This document shows, piece after piece, positions 28,252 to 38,591 of a DNA stretch of 64,000 nucleotides (positions are counted from its first letter, which is position 1; each line of letters opens with the position of its first letter). The stretch lies in contig OY760505.1 in the NCBI GenBank assembly GCA_963663545.1, positions 416,001 through 480,000 of the forward strand. Reading direction: 5' to 3'. The position numbers and the translations under genes were made by a program. This DNA comes from Candidatus Delongbacteria bacterium (GTDB lineage: Bacteria; CAIWAD01). The notes beneath the pieces are model-generated. The model did no database searches and had not been told where the DNA came from. It saw nothing but the letters and a program-made list of their open reading frames with translations.

Positions 28252-28509
28252 TCATCTCAGCTCGCGAAGAAAGGCCTTCAGTTCAGCCTTCACTTCGGCA
28301 GATAGGCGACTGTCGGGAATGCCGCGCACGGCGCCTTCAATGCCGTAGAGCATGTGCAGGCAGGCGCCCGCATCCACGTGTCGGCGAATGCGTTGGAAGG
28401 CTTCCCGTGATCCAAGACTGCGCAGCTCCTCCGGTGTCTCAATACCCACTTTCTGCAGATGACTGGCCAGCACTTTGCCCACGTTGGGTAGTTCCAGCAG
28501 CGTCTTCAT
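28252..28509 (-). CDS. TfoX/Sxy C-terminal domain protein
   Basis: LPNVG...L..VGIETPEELRSLGS...CLHMLYGIEGA. Confidence 0.85.
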   Translation of the reverse strand: MKTLLELPNVGKVLASHLQKVGIETPEELRSLGSREAFQRIRRHVDAGACLHMLYGIEGAVRGIPDSRLSAEVKAELKAFLRELR

Positions 28510-28532
28510 GTGTCACGTCTCCCGTTTTTGTG

Positions 28533-29435
28533 TCACGCTGTCCCTTGCCCTTTGCGCAACTCGACTTGTCGCGAAAGCCAGCGCGGCAACACCCCAAGTG
28601 CCAGAGCGGTTCCCATCAGTGTCAGCGCCATTCCGGCCAACAATCGCGCTGTGATGGGCTCAGCCAGAAAGAGGCGTCCCCAGAGTACGGCGAAGACGGG
28701 AATCAGGAAAGTGACGCTTGTCGCCGCCAGCGGTCCGGTGCGCTGAATCAGCCGGTAATAGATGATGGTGGGAGCCGCGGTGCAGACTAGTGCCAGCGCA
28801 ATTACCGCCGCCCACATGCCGGGTGCCGGTGATACCTCCGGCCAGGCCAGAGTGCCAGCTGGCAGCTGCAGCAGCGCGGCAAAGAGCAGACTACCTCCCG
28901 CCAACAATGTTGGTGATACATGAGCCAGCTTCTCGCGCGTGTAGTTAGCGCCAATGCCGTAACACAGACTGGCCACCAGCGCAGCCACAACCGCCCAGCC
29001 GCTGCCGCCCGCTTGGAAACTCAGTTTGTCCAGCGAAAGCAGAGCGACTCCGCCCATGGCCACCAGCAAACCCGAAGCCTGTCGCGGCGTGATACGCGTT
29101 CCCAACCAGACGGCGGCCACCAGTACGGTGAAAATAGGCGTTGTGGCGTTGAGCAGGCTGGCCAGCCCCGCCTCCAGACTGAGACTGGCGTAGGCTAGCA
29201 GCGTGAAAGGCAGGGCTGAAGAGATGAATCCAGCGATCACCAATAGCCAGCGATTCTGCCAGAGCACGCGACGAGCTCGCGCAGACAGGAAGAAGGGCAG
29301 CAGCGCCACACCAGCAAAGGAAAGACGCATCAGGATCAGACTGAAGGGGCCGAAGGCGGGTGCAGCCAGACGCAGAAAAAGAAAGCTGGCGCCCCAGACG
29401 GCGGAAAGCAGTAGCAACAGAAGGGAATCCAGCAC
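28533..29435 (-). CDS. DMT/EamA-family transporter
   Basis: WGASFLF, about 10 TM helices, SVTFLIPVFAVLWG. Confidence 0.9.
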   Translation of the reverse strand: MLDSLLLLLLSAVWGASFLFLRLAAPAFGPFSLILMRLSFAGVALLPFFLSARARRVLWQNRWLLVIAGFISSALPFTLLAYASLSLEAGLASLLNATTPIFTVLVAAVWLGTRITPRQASGLLVAMGGVALLSLDKLSFQAGGSGWAVVAALVASLCYGIGANYTREKLAHVSPTLLAGGSLLFAALLQLPAGTLAWPEVSPAPGMWAAVIALALVCTAAPTIIYYRLIQRTGPLAATSVTFLIPVFAVLWGRLFLAEPITARLLAGMALTLMGTALALGVLPRWLSRQVELRKGQGTA

Positions 29436-29518
29436 GCGGCCTCCGGAATGGTCATCTTCAAGGCCACAAGGTAGGAAGGGAGCGGGGTTCTATCTGGAGT
29501 TGAGACTCGCACCGCCAA

Positions 29519-29556
29519 TAAAAGGAGACTCCCGCCACATTGCGCAGGAGTCTCCT
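29519..29556 (-). terminator. Rho-independent terminator
   Basis: AGGAGACTCC/GGAGTCTCCT stem followed by TTTT on the minus strand. Confidence 0.7.
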
Positions 29557-29584
29557 GTTGTTGCTGAAGCAGTAGACGAACGGA

Positions 29585-31675
29585 CTAGTTCTTGCCAGGC
29601 ATCTCTTGATGTTCCACAGTCTCAAGCTCACCCGTACGCGCCATCAGCGGGCCTTGCGGGTTGAATGTGACGATCGTGTTGGTTCCATGATAACCGACAG
29701 ATCCAGAATAGGTCTGCGACCAGCCGAAGGCCTGCACAACCACAGTGTAATTCGTCGGCGATACGCCCGCATAATGATGCACCTGAACCGTGTACTCGCC
29801 CAGCGGGGCACTATCCGGCGGCCAGAAAATGTTCTCCGGTCCGTAGCCATTGGTGTCATCAAAATCCAGTTGTCCGCCGGTTGCCGACGAAGTGTGCGCG
29901 TACCAAATGTGCTCGCCGCTTGGCTCATAGACATGCAGATCCATATCGGAAGTATTGTCCCAGCTAAGCGTAACGATCACATCTCCCGTTCCCACGCCTA
30001 CGGTCACCGTGTGACTCACCGTGGCGCATTCGTCGTATGGATCACAGACCTGAAGCGTAACATCGAATGCACCCGGATCATTGAAGGTGTGACTCACGAT
30101 CTCCCGTCCAAGGAGTCCCGTATCCCACACTCCGTCACCATTGAAATCCCACTGATAGGTCAACTCGTCGGGCTCGGAGAGGTCATCCCAGGTTCCGCTT
30201 GGATCGAAGGAGAACTCGGTTCCTACCGTTCCATACGTGGCGGAAGAAGTGAATACGGGATTGGGCGGGTCGTTCTCCGGCCCGCTATCCTCGGCAATCA
30301 GTCGCTCAATCAGATTCCCATTCCAGCTATAAGCAAGGGCATCGTCCAGAATCTCGACCTGAAAACCCAGGGTGGCATCCAGCCCGGCATACAAGCTCCA
30401 CTCCCAGTGCTCCGGATTCAGCTCGGCAAGCCCTTCCCAGCGCATGTACGGACGCAGCCCTACACGGGGGCCGGCAACACTGTAGAGCAAGGCGCGCAAG
30501 TCGGTTCGCATACATCCGCTGGCGCTCATCTGCCCACTCACGTTCCAATCCGGCTCCGCCGCATCAAAACTGTCCGTGAACTCATTGATGGGCGACCACT
30601 GCCCATTCTCGTACTCGGCTCCGGATTTGAACGTTGTGTGATAACTAAAACCGGTCTGGATGTAGCCGTTGACTTCAGCACTGAAGGCATAACCAACGTA
30701 GAGGTCCAGATAGAAAGTCATGAAGACAGGCACAGGGCCAATGGCGAAGTGAACCGTCCCCATGTTGAAGGTCGTGATCAGCACTGAGTCTTCCCTGGCG
30801 AAGCCCGCGCTGGCCTCCGCGCGCACGTTGACCGCAAGTGTTGCTGGAATTCTAGTCTGCAGTTTGAACTGCTCGAGATGCAGATCCTGCACTCGGCAGG
30901 CGACATCAACGCAAGTGTTGTAGCTGAAGTGCGAATTCGGCATGGTTACACTCACGTGTGCCGGACCAACATTTCCACTCCATAGCGAACCGCCGAAGAC
31001 GTAGCCAAAACGATCGTGACTCATCTGGACGCCGGGTGCCATGTACTCCACCCGCATCTCGTCCGGGTCCATGCAAATTGTGCCAATGAATTCGCCACTG
31101 GTAACCGCATCCACCAGTTCCACAAGCTCCGTCAGTACCCGTGTAAACCAGCCGTCACGCATGCGCACGGTTTCCACGCTGACGATACGTCGCAGGAAGG
31201 GGTACTGTTGGTTGCCCACCAGCACATCGCCCACCTGATAGCCCGGATCCTCCAGACTGAGGAGCTCAATCACGCCACTTTCGGAGTCAAACGACTGAAT
31301 CTCCGTCGTCTCGTCCACAACCTTGGTCGTGCTTGGGATCACGGGCACCATCAGCGATCGAACACGAAACTTCACTAGATCGCTGTACACATTTGCGTAA
31401 GAAGCGAAATCGACATAGATCGTATTCTGGCCGGGGTAAACACTCTCGCCCACATCGCCGGAGAGGAACTCTTGGGGAATCGTATTGAACAGATACCCTG
31501 CGTCCAAAGACACTTCCAATTGTATTGTAGATGGCTCACCACTTAACTGATAGTCGACGATGACCATGCCGCTGCCATCGGCAATCTGCTGGAAACTGAC
31601 TGAACTGATCGTCTGGGCTCTCAGCGCGCTGCATGCGGCCAGGAGTAGCACCAGAACGGCAACAGACTTCTTCAT
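29585..31675 (-). CDS. Secreted protein with PKD domain and C-terminal YfaP/DUF2135-like domain
   Basis: Signal peptide; PKD (YQWDFNGDG.WDT); LSWDNTSDMDLHVYEPSG...LDFDDTNGYGPENI. Confidence 0.75.
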   Translation of the reverse strand: MKKSVAVLVLLLAACSALRAQTISSVSFQQIADGSGMVIVDYQLSGEPSTIQLEVSLDAGYLFNTIPQEFLSGDVGESVYPGQNTIYVDFASYANVYSDLVKFRVRSLMVPVIPSTTKVVDETTEIQSFDSESGVIELLSLEDPGYQVGDVLVGNQQYPFLRRIVSVETVRMRDGWFTRVLTELVELVDAVTSGEFIGTICMDPDEMRVEYMAPGVQMSHDRFGYVFGGSLWSGNVGPAHVSVTMPNSHFSYNTCVDVACRVQDLHLEQFKLQTRIPATLAVNVRAEASAGFAREDSVLITTFNMGTVHFAIGPVPVFMTFYLDLYVGYAFSAEVNGYIQTGFSYHTTFKSGAEYENGQWSPINEFTDSFDAAEPDWNVSGQMSASGCMRTDLRALLYSVAGPRVGLRPYMRWEGLAELNPEHWEWSLYAGLDATLGFQVEILDDALAYSWNGNLIERLIAEDSGPENDPPNPVFTSSATYGTVGTEFSFDPSGTWDDLSEPDELTYQWDFNGDGVWDTGLLGREIVSHTFNDPGAFDVTLQVCDPYDECATVSHTVTVGVGTGDVIVTLSWDNTSDMDLHVYEPSGEHIWYAHTSSATGGQLDFDDTNGYGPENIFWPPDSAPLGEYTVQVHHYAGVSPTNYTVVVQAFGWSQTYSGSVGYHGTNTIVTFNPQGPLMARTGELETVEHQEMPGKN

Positions 31676-31685
31676 GATCCCACTC

Positions 31686-32348
31686 CTACTTGATCAGCGT
31701 GATTTTCTGGTTCGTCACCTTTAAGCCGCCTTTCAATTGAACGAAGTAGAGGCCACTCGACAGGCTTTCACCGTTCAACTCGGCTACATGCACTCCGGCA
31801 TCTTGCAATCCTGTATATAACGTGCGAACGACTTGTCCCTGCACATTATAAACCTGAAGAGTGCACTCGCAGGTCTGATCAAGCGAGTATTCTATGCTGG
31901 TTGTCGGGTTGAAGGGGTTGGGATGCACGCTGGAAATCTCGAAAGTCAAAGGTGTTTCAAAGGCTGAAGCGGTGCCGTCGCTAATTCTGAACGGGTTTGA
32001 CTCCGCGAAGGAGTAATTCAGAAAACTGTCAAAGCACTCCAACTTGAGGTGGTACGTGCCTGGTTCGGCCTCGACAAGCCAGGCGAACTCCATGCGCCCT
32101 TGGCTATTGTACAGTTCCTGCTCCGCTCCGCTTTGGGAGACCAGGGTCAGCGTGTAGTATTCCTGCCCGTTTCCTTCGTCACTGACCGAATACTCAATCT
32201 GCTGCACAGACATGAGCTGCACCACAGGTGGCAGGTCGGCCAATGCTACTTGCGGCAAGGAAGTGTCAAGTACTCCCATTGCACTGTCTGCATACTCGGC
32301 ATACACTGAAGCTGCGCACAAGAAGAAAGCCAGAACGAGAAGCCTCAT
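31686..32348 (-). CDS. Secreted protein with T9SS-type-A/FlgD-like C-terminal domain
   Basis: HPNPFNPTTSIEY...VYNVQGQVV...LSSGLYFVQL...KITLIK. Confidence 0.8.
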   Translation of the reverse strand: MRLLVLAFFLCAASVYAEYADSAMGVLDTSLPQVALADLPPVVQLMSVQQIEYSVSDEGNGQEYYTLTLVSQSGAEQELYNSQGRMEFAWLVEAEPGTYHLKLECFDSFLNYSFAESNPFRISDGTASAFETPLTFEISSVHPNPFNPTTSIEYSLDQTCECTLQVYNVQGQVVRTLYTGLQDAGVHVAELNGESLSSGLYFVQLKGGLKVTNQKITLIK

Positions 32349-32713
32349 GGTTGTTCTCCTTATTCCGTACACGCACAAGCCATCTCCCGTTGATGGAGCA
32401 CGCGAGTCTCTGGATGTTTAGTGAAAAGTGATTTTGCTGCCACAGCCAAGGGCAAATGCTGTGCCTGAATGATAACAGTGAGTTTTAACCGGAAGTTGCC
32501 ACTTCTGACAACCAAATATTGCGCTAACGGTTGTTCAATTCAGGTCTGTGGTTGTTCCAAATCCAACAATACCAATTCGGCATTCTCGCTATGGATCTCA
32601 CCTGTCTATGGGTATTCTTGCTCAAGACGGTCAGCAGTCTTGATCTCGCTACTATCGACGGCTCTTTGGCGCTGTGACACTGTTATGAAAACGCGTGTCG
32701 TGTTACAAGAGAT

Positions 32714-35104
32714 CTACTCCAGCGTGCTCACCGCCACCACTCGATACCAGGCCTGCTCCCTCTGCAGCGCGTCGTGATCCAGATAAGAAGGCGAGTACAC
32801 AGTCGCGATCAGATCGGCCGCGCTCGGCTCGGCCCAGGGAGTGGGCACGCGGTACACCAGCCAGTGGTCGATCGGACGCGGATCCTCCCAGCCAAGAAGG
32901 ACACTGTTCTCACTGAGCTCGATTGTAAGCCTGACTGGACTCGCTGCCAAGGTGGATTCGTTTCTGGCAATCATCACCATGCCGGTATAGGCACTACAGA
33001 AGAGCAGACTTGGACGCGGATCACCAGGTAGCGTCACCCACTCGAAAATCCCCACGCTCTCGATGTTCCAGGGACAGGACTGCCGCAGTCCCATGCCAGT
33101 CCAACCGCCCAGATTCTCGTAGTGATACAATGCTGTGTGGACGAACTTAAAGAAATCCAGATCGCCGTCCAGGTCTGCATCACACATGCTCACAGGTCCA
33201 TAGTCGTTGTGCAGGTCGGCAAAGGGCAGATCTACTTCGTCGAAACCTTCTATCCCGTGATTGACAAGAGTCCGTACATAGGGGCGAGAGTACATCCCAC
33301 CATAAGCCCACAGATCCAGATCACCATCGCCCTCAACATCCAGCATCCGAATCTCTTCACCGGCAAAGGACCTGAACTCATAACCAAAGTGATCCTCTAT
33401 CCAGCCTCCAGCCGTTCCCCACCAGACAGTGAAGCCGATGAGGGGAGAACTGGCGGCAATGTCAAGCAGACCGTCGCCATTCAGGTCGCCGACTTCGAGC
33501 TGGTACACAATATCTTCCTGATCGAATGGCTGAATTGCAGGCACCATACTTCCCGCGCCGTCCGAATTCCACATGAGAATACCTGTGCCGCTTCCGCCAA
33601 CAAACAGATCCTGATCGCCGTCACCGTCGATATCGTGGATGCAAACCCGCTCCGGTTGAAGCTGAGTCGGCAGTTCATGACGGGTCCAAACACACGCCGG
33701 ATGTCCATTCTCGAACCATTGCACATAGCCGTCCTCATCCCTGCCGAAAACAAGATCCAAGTCTTCATCACCATCCAGGTCCGCACTGAAAAAGGGCAGA
33801 GTAGCTGGAATACACTCAGCGATGGTGGTCAGCCGGTAGCACCCGGCATGGCTCAAGGTCGGGTCGTACAGGATCAGGCAGGAGTCCGCTGCATCGCAGA
33901 CGATGATTTCCGGTTCGCCGTCCAGGTCCGTGTCACACATGGTTGCAGAAGTGGCGCTCCGTGGCTTGTAGGCAACAGGACGGAAGACGAGCTCCTGGTC
34001 GCTACGGCGTACAACGGAAACTTGATCCATCGAGGCCACTACCGCACCAGACAGCTGTCCCTCCTCCGGATCGAGTGAAGCCAGCGCAGATATACTGCCA
34101 GCATTCGTACGAATCAGCTGTGTCGGCCAGTCTGCGCCTGTCTGCTGTGGATTCTGCGAAAAGTAGATCTCGCCATTGCTGGAACCTGAAAGCAGGTCAG
34201 GCGCTCCGTCTGCGTTCCAATCGAGTAGCTGGACTTCCATCGATCGCCCAGTATTCGCCGGGACTCTGTGTGACAGCCACGTTCCCTCATCCGACAGACG
34301 ATTCTCGTACCACATTAGGCATGTCTGCGACATGCAAAAGCTGACAATGTCCGGATCCCCGTCTTCGTCCAGATCCGCGATATCGAGACACTTCATGCGG
34401 TTTCTGTTTTCTGAAAGCTGCTCCTCTGCGCCCATCTCCCCATGGCCAAGATTCCTCCAGCCAAGCAGGTAGCCATCGTTGGAAGTCATCGCCAGCAAGT
34501 CAGGCGCTCCATCCGTATCCAGATCCACGCTGCAAAGATGGATCAGTGCCGTTGTGCAATTTCCCAGTACTTCGGGCGCGGTGAAATGCAGCCCGGGCAC
34601 TTGCAGGCAGCGTCGCAGAGTCTGTCCGCTAGCATAGCCGCAGACCAGATCCGGCAGGCCGTCCGAGTTCAAATCGGTGACACACAGGGAGAGCAGTGCC
34701 TCATCAACAAGCACTTCGTGATACATGAAAGTGGCCACCTGGTTCTCGTAAACAGCCAGCACTCCTTCGCCCGGGCTGAGCAGCACCAGATCCAGATCGC
34801 CGTCGCCCTCCAGGTCCACCAGCACCGGCTGCTCCGGGTTTGCCAGCTGCTCGCCAATGAGATGAACGGCTGCGCCCGGCATGTCGGCCTCGTCGGACTC
34901 GTACCAGTACACGCCGCCGGGATCGCTGTAACACACCAGCAGGTCCTGGTGGCCGTCGCCGTTCAGGTCGCCGCTAGCAACCGCAGTGGGCTCACCGGGC
35001 AGGAAGTCAACTTCCTCCGGATGATGAAACTGGATGTGCTGGGCGTGTGCGGCTGTAAAGCAGCCTGCCAGTGAAAGACAAAGAAGCGTTGCCCTGGTGT
35101 TCAT
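32714..35104 (-). CDS. Secreted FG-GAP/VCBS repeat protein
   Basis: Signal peptide and more than ten DxxGDGxxDL repeats. Confidence 0.88.
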   Translation of the reverse strand: MNTRATLLCLSLAGCFTAAHAQHIQFHHPEEVDFLPGEPTAVASGDLNGDGHQDLLVCYSDPGGVYWYESDEADMPGAAVHLIGEQLANPEQPVLVDLEGDGDLDLVLLSPGEGVLAVYENQVATFMYHEVLVDEALLSLCVTDLNSDGLPDLVCGYASGQTLRRCLQVPGLHFTAPEVLGNCTTALIHLCSVDLDTDGAPDLLAMTSNDGYLLGWRNLGHGEMGAEEQLSENRNRMKCLDIADLDEDGDPDIVSFCMSQTCLMWYENRLSDEGTWLSHRVPANTGRSMEVQLLDWNADGAPDLLSGSSNGEIYFSQNPQQTGADWPTQLIRTNAGSISALASLDPEEGQLSGAVVASMDQVSVVRRSDQELVFRPVAYKPRSATSATMCDTDLDGEPEIIVCDAADSCLILYDPTLSHAGCYRLTTIAECIPATLPFFSADLDGDEDLDLVFGRDEDGYVQWFENGHPACVWTRHELPTQLQPERVCIHDIDGDGDQDLFVGGSGTGILMWNSDGAGSMVPAIQPFDQEDIVYQLEVGDLNGDGLLDIAASSPLIGFTVWWGTAGGWIEDHFGYEFRSFAGEEIRMLDVEGDGDLDLWAYGGMYSRPYVRTLVNHGIEGFDEVDLPFADLHNDYGPVSMCDADLDGDLDFFKFVHTALYHYENLGGWTGMGLRQSCPWNIESVGIFEWVTLPGDPRPSLLFCSAYTGMVMIARNESTLAASPVRLTIELSENSVLLGWEDPRPIDHWLVYRVPTPWAEPSAADLIATVYSPSYLDHDALQREQAWYRVVAVSTLE

Positions 35105-35374
35105 GATTCCCTCCCTGCTACAGTTCACGGTGGCACCGGTTGCGCATAAGACAGCGGCGTTCCGTTTAACCGAGGCGCATGAGCTGACCTGTGAGTTGTG
35201 CAGGGGAAAATAGGGTGCGTTCTACGCTCATCCAAGAGGATTCTGGCCGGACAGGTCAAACGGGTTGGCGCAAGTGGGCGTGTTTCAGGGAAAAAGCTGA
35301 ATTGCTCTATCGCGCTGTGACACATGTCGAGTCTAGAGACGTCAGCGGTTGTGTCACCTGCCACTAGAGAAGAA

Positions 35375-35460
35375 AGAGCGGGATGGCTCCCGCTCTGGTT
35401 GTTTGCAATCTGGGACTCCGATACCGATCCGACTCCATAGGAGTCGGCACCGATACCGAT
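35375..35460 (-). repeat. Inverted partial copy of the 270-bp repeat arm plus terminator hairpin after ftcD
   Basis: CCGACTCCATAGGAGTCGG within CCGATA units (35414-35460); AGAGCGGGA/TCCCGCTCT stem at 35375-35396. Confidence 0.75.
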
Positions 35461-35466
35461 CAGAAG

Positions 35467-37161
35467 CTAGCCTTTGTACGACAGCTTCTCCTCCACGGCC
35501 TTCAGCAGTGCGCTGCGGCGCTCATGCAGCTTCTGCTGGATCTCCGCCGTGCGGGTGTTGATGTCGGCGGCCCAGGCTTTGTCGGTGATGTCGGCCAGGT
35601 TGATGCGCACGTTCATGGCGGCGCCGTCACACGCAGTGCCCAGACACAGCGCGGCCACACCGGCATCGGAAAGCGAATTCTGGTTGCCACGGGCGGCGAC
35701 GGCCTCGATCAGGTCCAGCACCGGCAGGCAACGCTCGACCACCTCGAAGGGCACCAGGGTCACATGCTGCTGCGCCTCTTCCATCGCTGTAGCACGAAGG
35801 GCTTCCTGCTCCGCCGTGTCCTTGGGAAGACGTCGGGCGGCGATCATGGCGTCAAAGGCTTCTGTATCACGGTCAACGGCGGCCAGGAAGAATTCCTTGT
35901 GGCCCTGTCCCTCGACGGAGATGCGATCCATCTCCTCGTTGTACTTGGTATAGCCCTTCTTGCCGTGGGTCAGATTGGCTACCATGGCCGCCAGCGAAGC
36001 CGCCAGCGCACCACAGAGGGCCGCCGTGCTGCCTCCGCCGGGCGCCATTGCGTCACTGGCCAGCAGATCGTTGAAGTCGTTGATCTTGAGGTCCACCAGG
36101 CGACCGCTGCGCTTCTGCACACGGTAGTCGACGATCTTCTTCTCGATCTCGAAGGGGTAAAGATCGGCCAGGCCCATGGAACGTACGGCGCACTCCACCA
36201 GCTCGCGCTCGCTGACGCCGGCGGGTTTGCCCTGCTTGCGCAAGTAGAAGCGCCCGGCCTCCAGCAGGCTAGCCAGTGGTACCAGGCCGACGATCTCGGC
36301 ACCCGTGACACGCATGCCGCGCTTCTCCGCCTCGGCGCAGATGGTGTCGAAGCACTGGTGCAGCGGCGTCAGCTTGTAGTTGGTCAGATTCATCGAGATC
36401 TGCGCACGACCGCCGAAGTCGTCGATGTACCAGCCGACGGCCTTGGTGTTCTTCAGCAGGCCGTCCTGCTTCAGGCGATTGCCTTCTGCATCACGCAGGA
36501 ATTTGCCGCTCTCGTCACGGGCAAAACGACCGCTCTCACGCACCGTCAGCGCGATATCGTGTGCCAGCGCGGCGTCGCGCGTATTCAGATTGAAATTCCA
36601 GGCAATCAGGAATTCGCGGGCGCTGATGGCGGTTGCCCCGCTCTTCTGCTGACGCTCGCCGAACGCTGCCGGACCGCAGTCGGGCTTCCACTCGGGATCG
36701 GCCAGTTTGTGACCCAGGCCTTCGTACTCGCCACTGCGCACGGTGGCCAAGTTGCGGCGCTGCTTGCTGGTGGCGGCGTGCTCGTAGAAGTAGACGGGAA
36801 TCTGCAGCTCGGCACCGACGCGCTCGCCCAGCTGGTGGGCCAGCTCGGCACACTCTTCCATGCTGATGTTGCTCACAGGCACGAAGGGGCAAACGTCAGT
36901 GGCGCCAAAACGCGGATGCTCGCCGTGATGATGACGCATATCGATGACTTCGGCGGCCTTCTGGATCACGCGGAAAGCGGCCTCCTTGACGGCCTCGGGC
37001 TCGCCGACAAATGTGATCACCGTGCGGTTGGTGGTCTCGCCGGGGTCCACATCCAGCAGCACCACGCCCTCGACGGTCTCAACCACATCGGTCACCGCCT
37101 TGATTTTCGCCTTGTCACGGCCTTCCGAGATGTTGGGTACACACTCAACAATGCGCTTCAT
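35467..37161 (-). CDS. ftcD: Glutamate formimidoyltransferase-cyclodeaminase (fused)
   Basis: IVECVPNISEGRD, HPRFGATDVCPFVP, and a C-terminal cyclodeaminase domain (APGGGS). Confidence 0.95.
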   Translation of the reverse strand: MKRIVECVPNISEGRDKAKIKAVTDVVETVEGVVLLDVDPGETTNRTVITFVGEPEAVKEAAFRVIQKAAEVIDMRHHHGEHPRFGATDVCPFVPVSNISMEECAELAHQLGERVGAELQIPVYFYEHAATSKQRRNLATVRSGEYEGLGHKLADPEWKPDCGPAAFGERQQKSGATAISAREFLIAWNFNLNTRDAALAHDIALTVRESGRFARDESGKFLRDAEGNRLKQDGLLKNTKAVGWYIDDFGGRAQISMNLTNYKLTPLHQCFDTICAEAEKRGMRVTGAEIVGLVPLASLLEAGRFYLRKQGKPAGVSERELVECAVRSMGLADLYPFEIEKKIVDYRVQKRSGRLVDLKINDFNDLLASDAMAPGGGSTAALCGALAASLAAMVANLTHGKKGYTKYNEEMDRISVEGQGHKEFFLAAVDRDTEAFDAMIAARRLPKDTAEQEALRATAMEEAQQHVTLVPFEVVERCLPVLDLIEAVAARGNQNSLSDAGVAALCLGTACDGAAMNVRINLADITDKAWAADINTRTAEIQQKLHERRSALLKAVEEKLSYKG

Positions 37162-37289
37162 ATCTGCTCCTTGTGCATTTGTCTGCTCAAGCCACTCACT
37201 GGCTGCAAAGTAGCAAACGGCAAGTGGCCACCAATTCGTGATACACGAAAAGAAAAGGCCGACTTGCGCCGGCCTCAATCAATCGTTTG

Positions 37290-38531
37290 CTAGAAGCGGT
37301 ACCCGGAGGGAATCTGCGTTGAGCGCGCAACGACGATAATGCCGTCCACGACTTCGATGAACTCGTCGCGGTACTCCGTCAGCCGCTTCTCGTTGATCAG
37401 TTTGACGTCGGCGCCAATGCGCGCACCCTTGTCGATAATGGCGCCGCGGATGTGTGTATCACGACCGATGGCCTGAGGCAGCATGCCCTCCGGCGGCGAC
37501 TGGAAATCGTACTCGTCCGCACCCATCAGGATGCTGTCCTCGATCACCGCGCCCTGGCCGATGACGCTGCGGATGCCGATCACGCTGTGCCAGATGCGAC
37601 CGCCGTTGATAAAGCAGCCGTCGCAGATCACCGATTCTGTCACACGGCAGTCGTGCAGTTTGCTGGGCGGCAGGTAGCGCGCGTTGGTATAGATCGGGCG
37701 CTCCTGGTGATACAATTCCACCTCAGGCACACGGCGCGTCAGCATCAGGTTGGCCTCGTAGAAGGAGCGGATGGTTCCGATGTCCTCCCAGTAGCCGTCG
37801 TGCATGAAGGCATGTACGCGATCGCTGTCGATCGCGTGGGGAATGATCTCGCGGCCAAAGTCGGTGCAGTCCTCGTGCGTGTCCAGCAGCCGCGTCAAGG
37901 CTTCGGTATCAAAGACGTAGATGCCCATGCTGGCCAGATAGCGACCGTCCGCTTGCGCAAGCTCGCGCAGCTCCTCTTCGGTTTTGGGCTTTTCAACGAA
38001 GCGGCGAATGCTGCCGTCGGCGTTGGTGTGCATGATGCCGAAGCCCTTGGCTGCATCACGCTTCACCGCCGTCGTGGCCACGGTCACCGGGCACTCACAG
38101 CGGATGTGTGACAGCACGAGTTCGCCTAGATCCATGGTGTAGAGCTGGTCACCGGATAGGATCAGCACGTGTGTCGGATTGTACGCGCGCAGATGCGGCA
38201 GCACCTGGCGCACCGCGTCCGCCGTGCCCTGGAACCAGTTGGCGTTGTCCGGCGTCTGCTCTGCCGCGAAGACCTCGACGAAACTGTCGCGGAAATCGCG
38301 CATGTAGTAGCTGTTGTGGATGTGGCGGTTCAGCGAATAGCTATTGAACTGCGTCAACACATAGACCTTGGTCAGGCCCGCGTGAATGCAATTGGAAAGG
38401 GGAATATCCACCAAGCGGTACTTGCCGCCGAAGGAAACCGCTGGCTTGCTGCGGCGACGCGTCAGTGGCATCAGGCGCGAGCCCTGTCCACCGCCGAGGA
38501 TTACGGTCACGACCCTGTCGAGTCTCTCCAT
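37290..38531 (-). CDS. glgC: Glucose-1-phosphate adenylyltransferase
   Basis: ILGGGQGSRL.PLT..RSKPAV.FGGKYRL, WFQGTADAV, YWEDIGT. Confidence 0.96.
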   Translation of the reverse strand: MERLDRVVTVILGGGQGSRLMPLTRRRSKPAVSFGGKYRLVDIPLSNCIHAGLTKVYVLTQFNSYSLNRHIHNSYYMRDFRDSFVEVFAAEQTPDNANWFQGTADAVRQVLPHLRAYNPTHVLILSGDQLYTMDLGELVLSHIRCECPVTVATTAVKRDAAKGFGIMHTNADGSIRRFVEKPKTEEELRELAQADGRYLASMGIYVFDTEALTRLLDTHEDCTDFGREIIPHAIDSDRVHAFMHDGYWEDIGTIRSFYEANLMLTRRVPEVELYHQERPIYTNARYLPPSKLHDCRVTESVICDGCFINGGRIWHSVIGIRSVIGQGAVIEDSILMGADEYDFQSPPEGMLPQAIGRDTHIRGAIIDKGARIGADVKLINEKRLTEYRDEFIEVVDGIIVVARSTQIPSGYRF

Positions 38532-38591
38532 CTCTTCCCCCTGTCCATCTTGCCCAAAGTTGTATCACGTCAACATCAATGTAACACAGGT

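Noticed and set aside
35383..37293. 636-aa plus-strand ORF
   Set aside because: Antisense shadow of ftcD, expected from GC-rich codon bias; no motifs. The same applies to 43334-44515, 29606-30787 and 671-1573.
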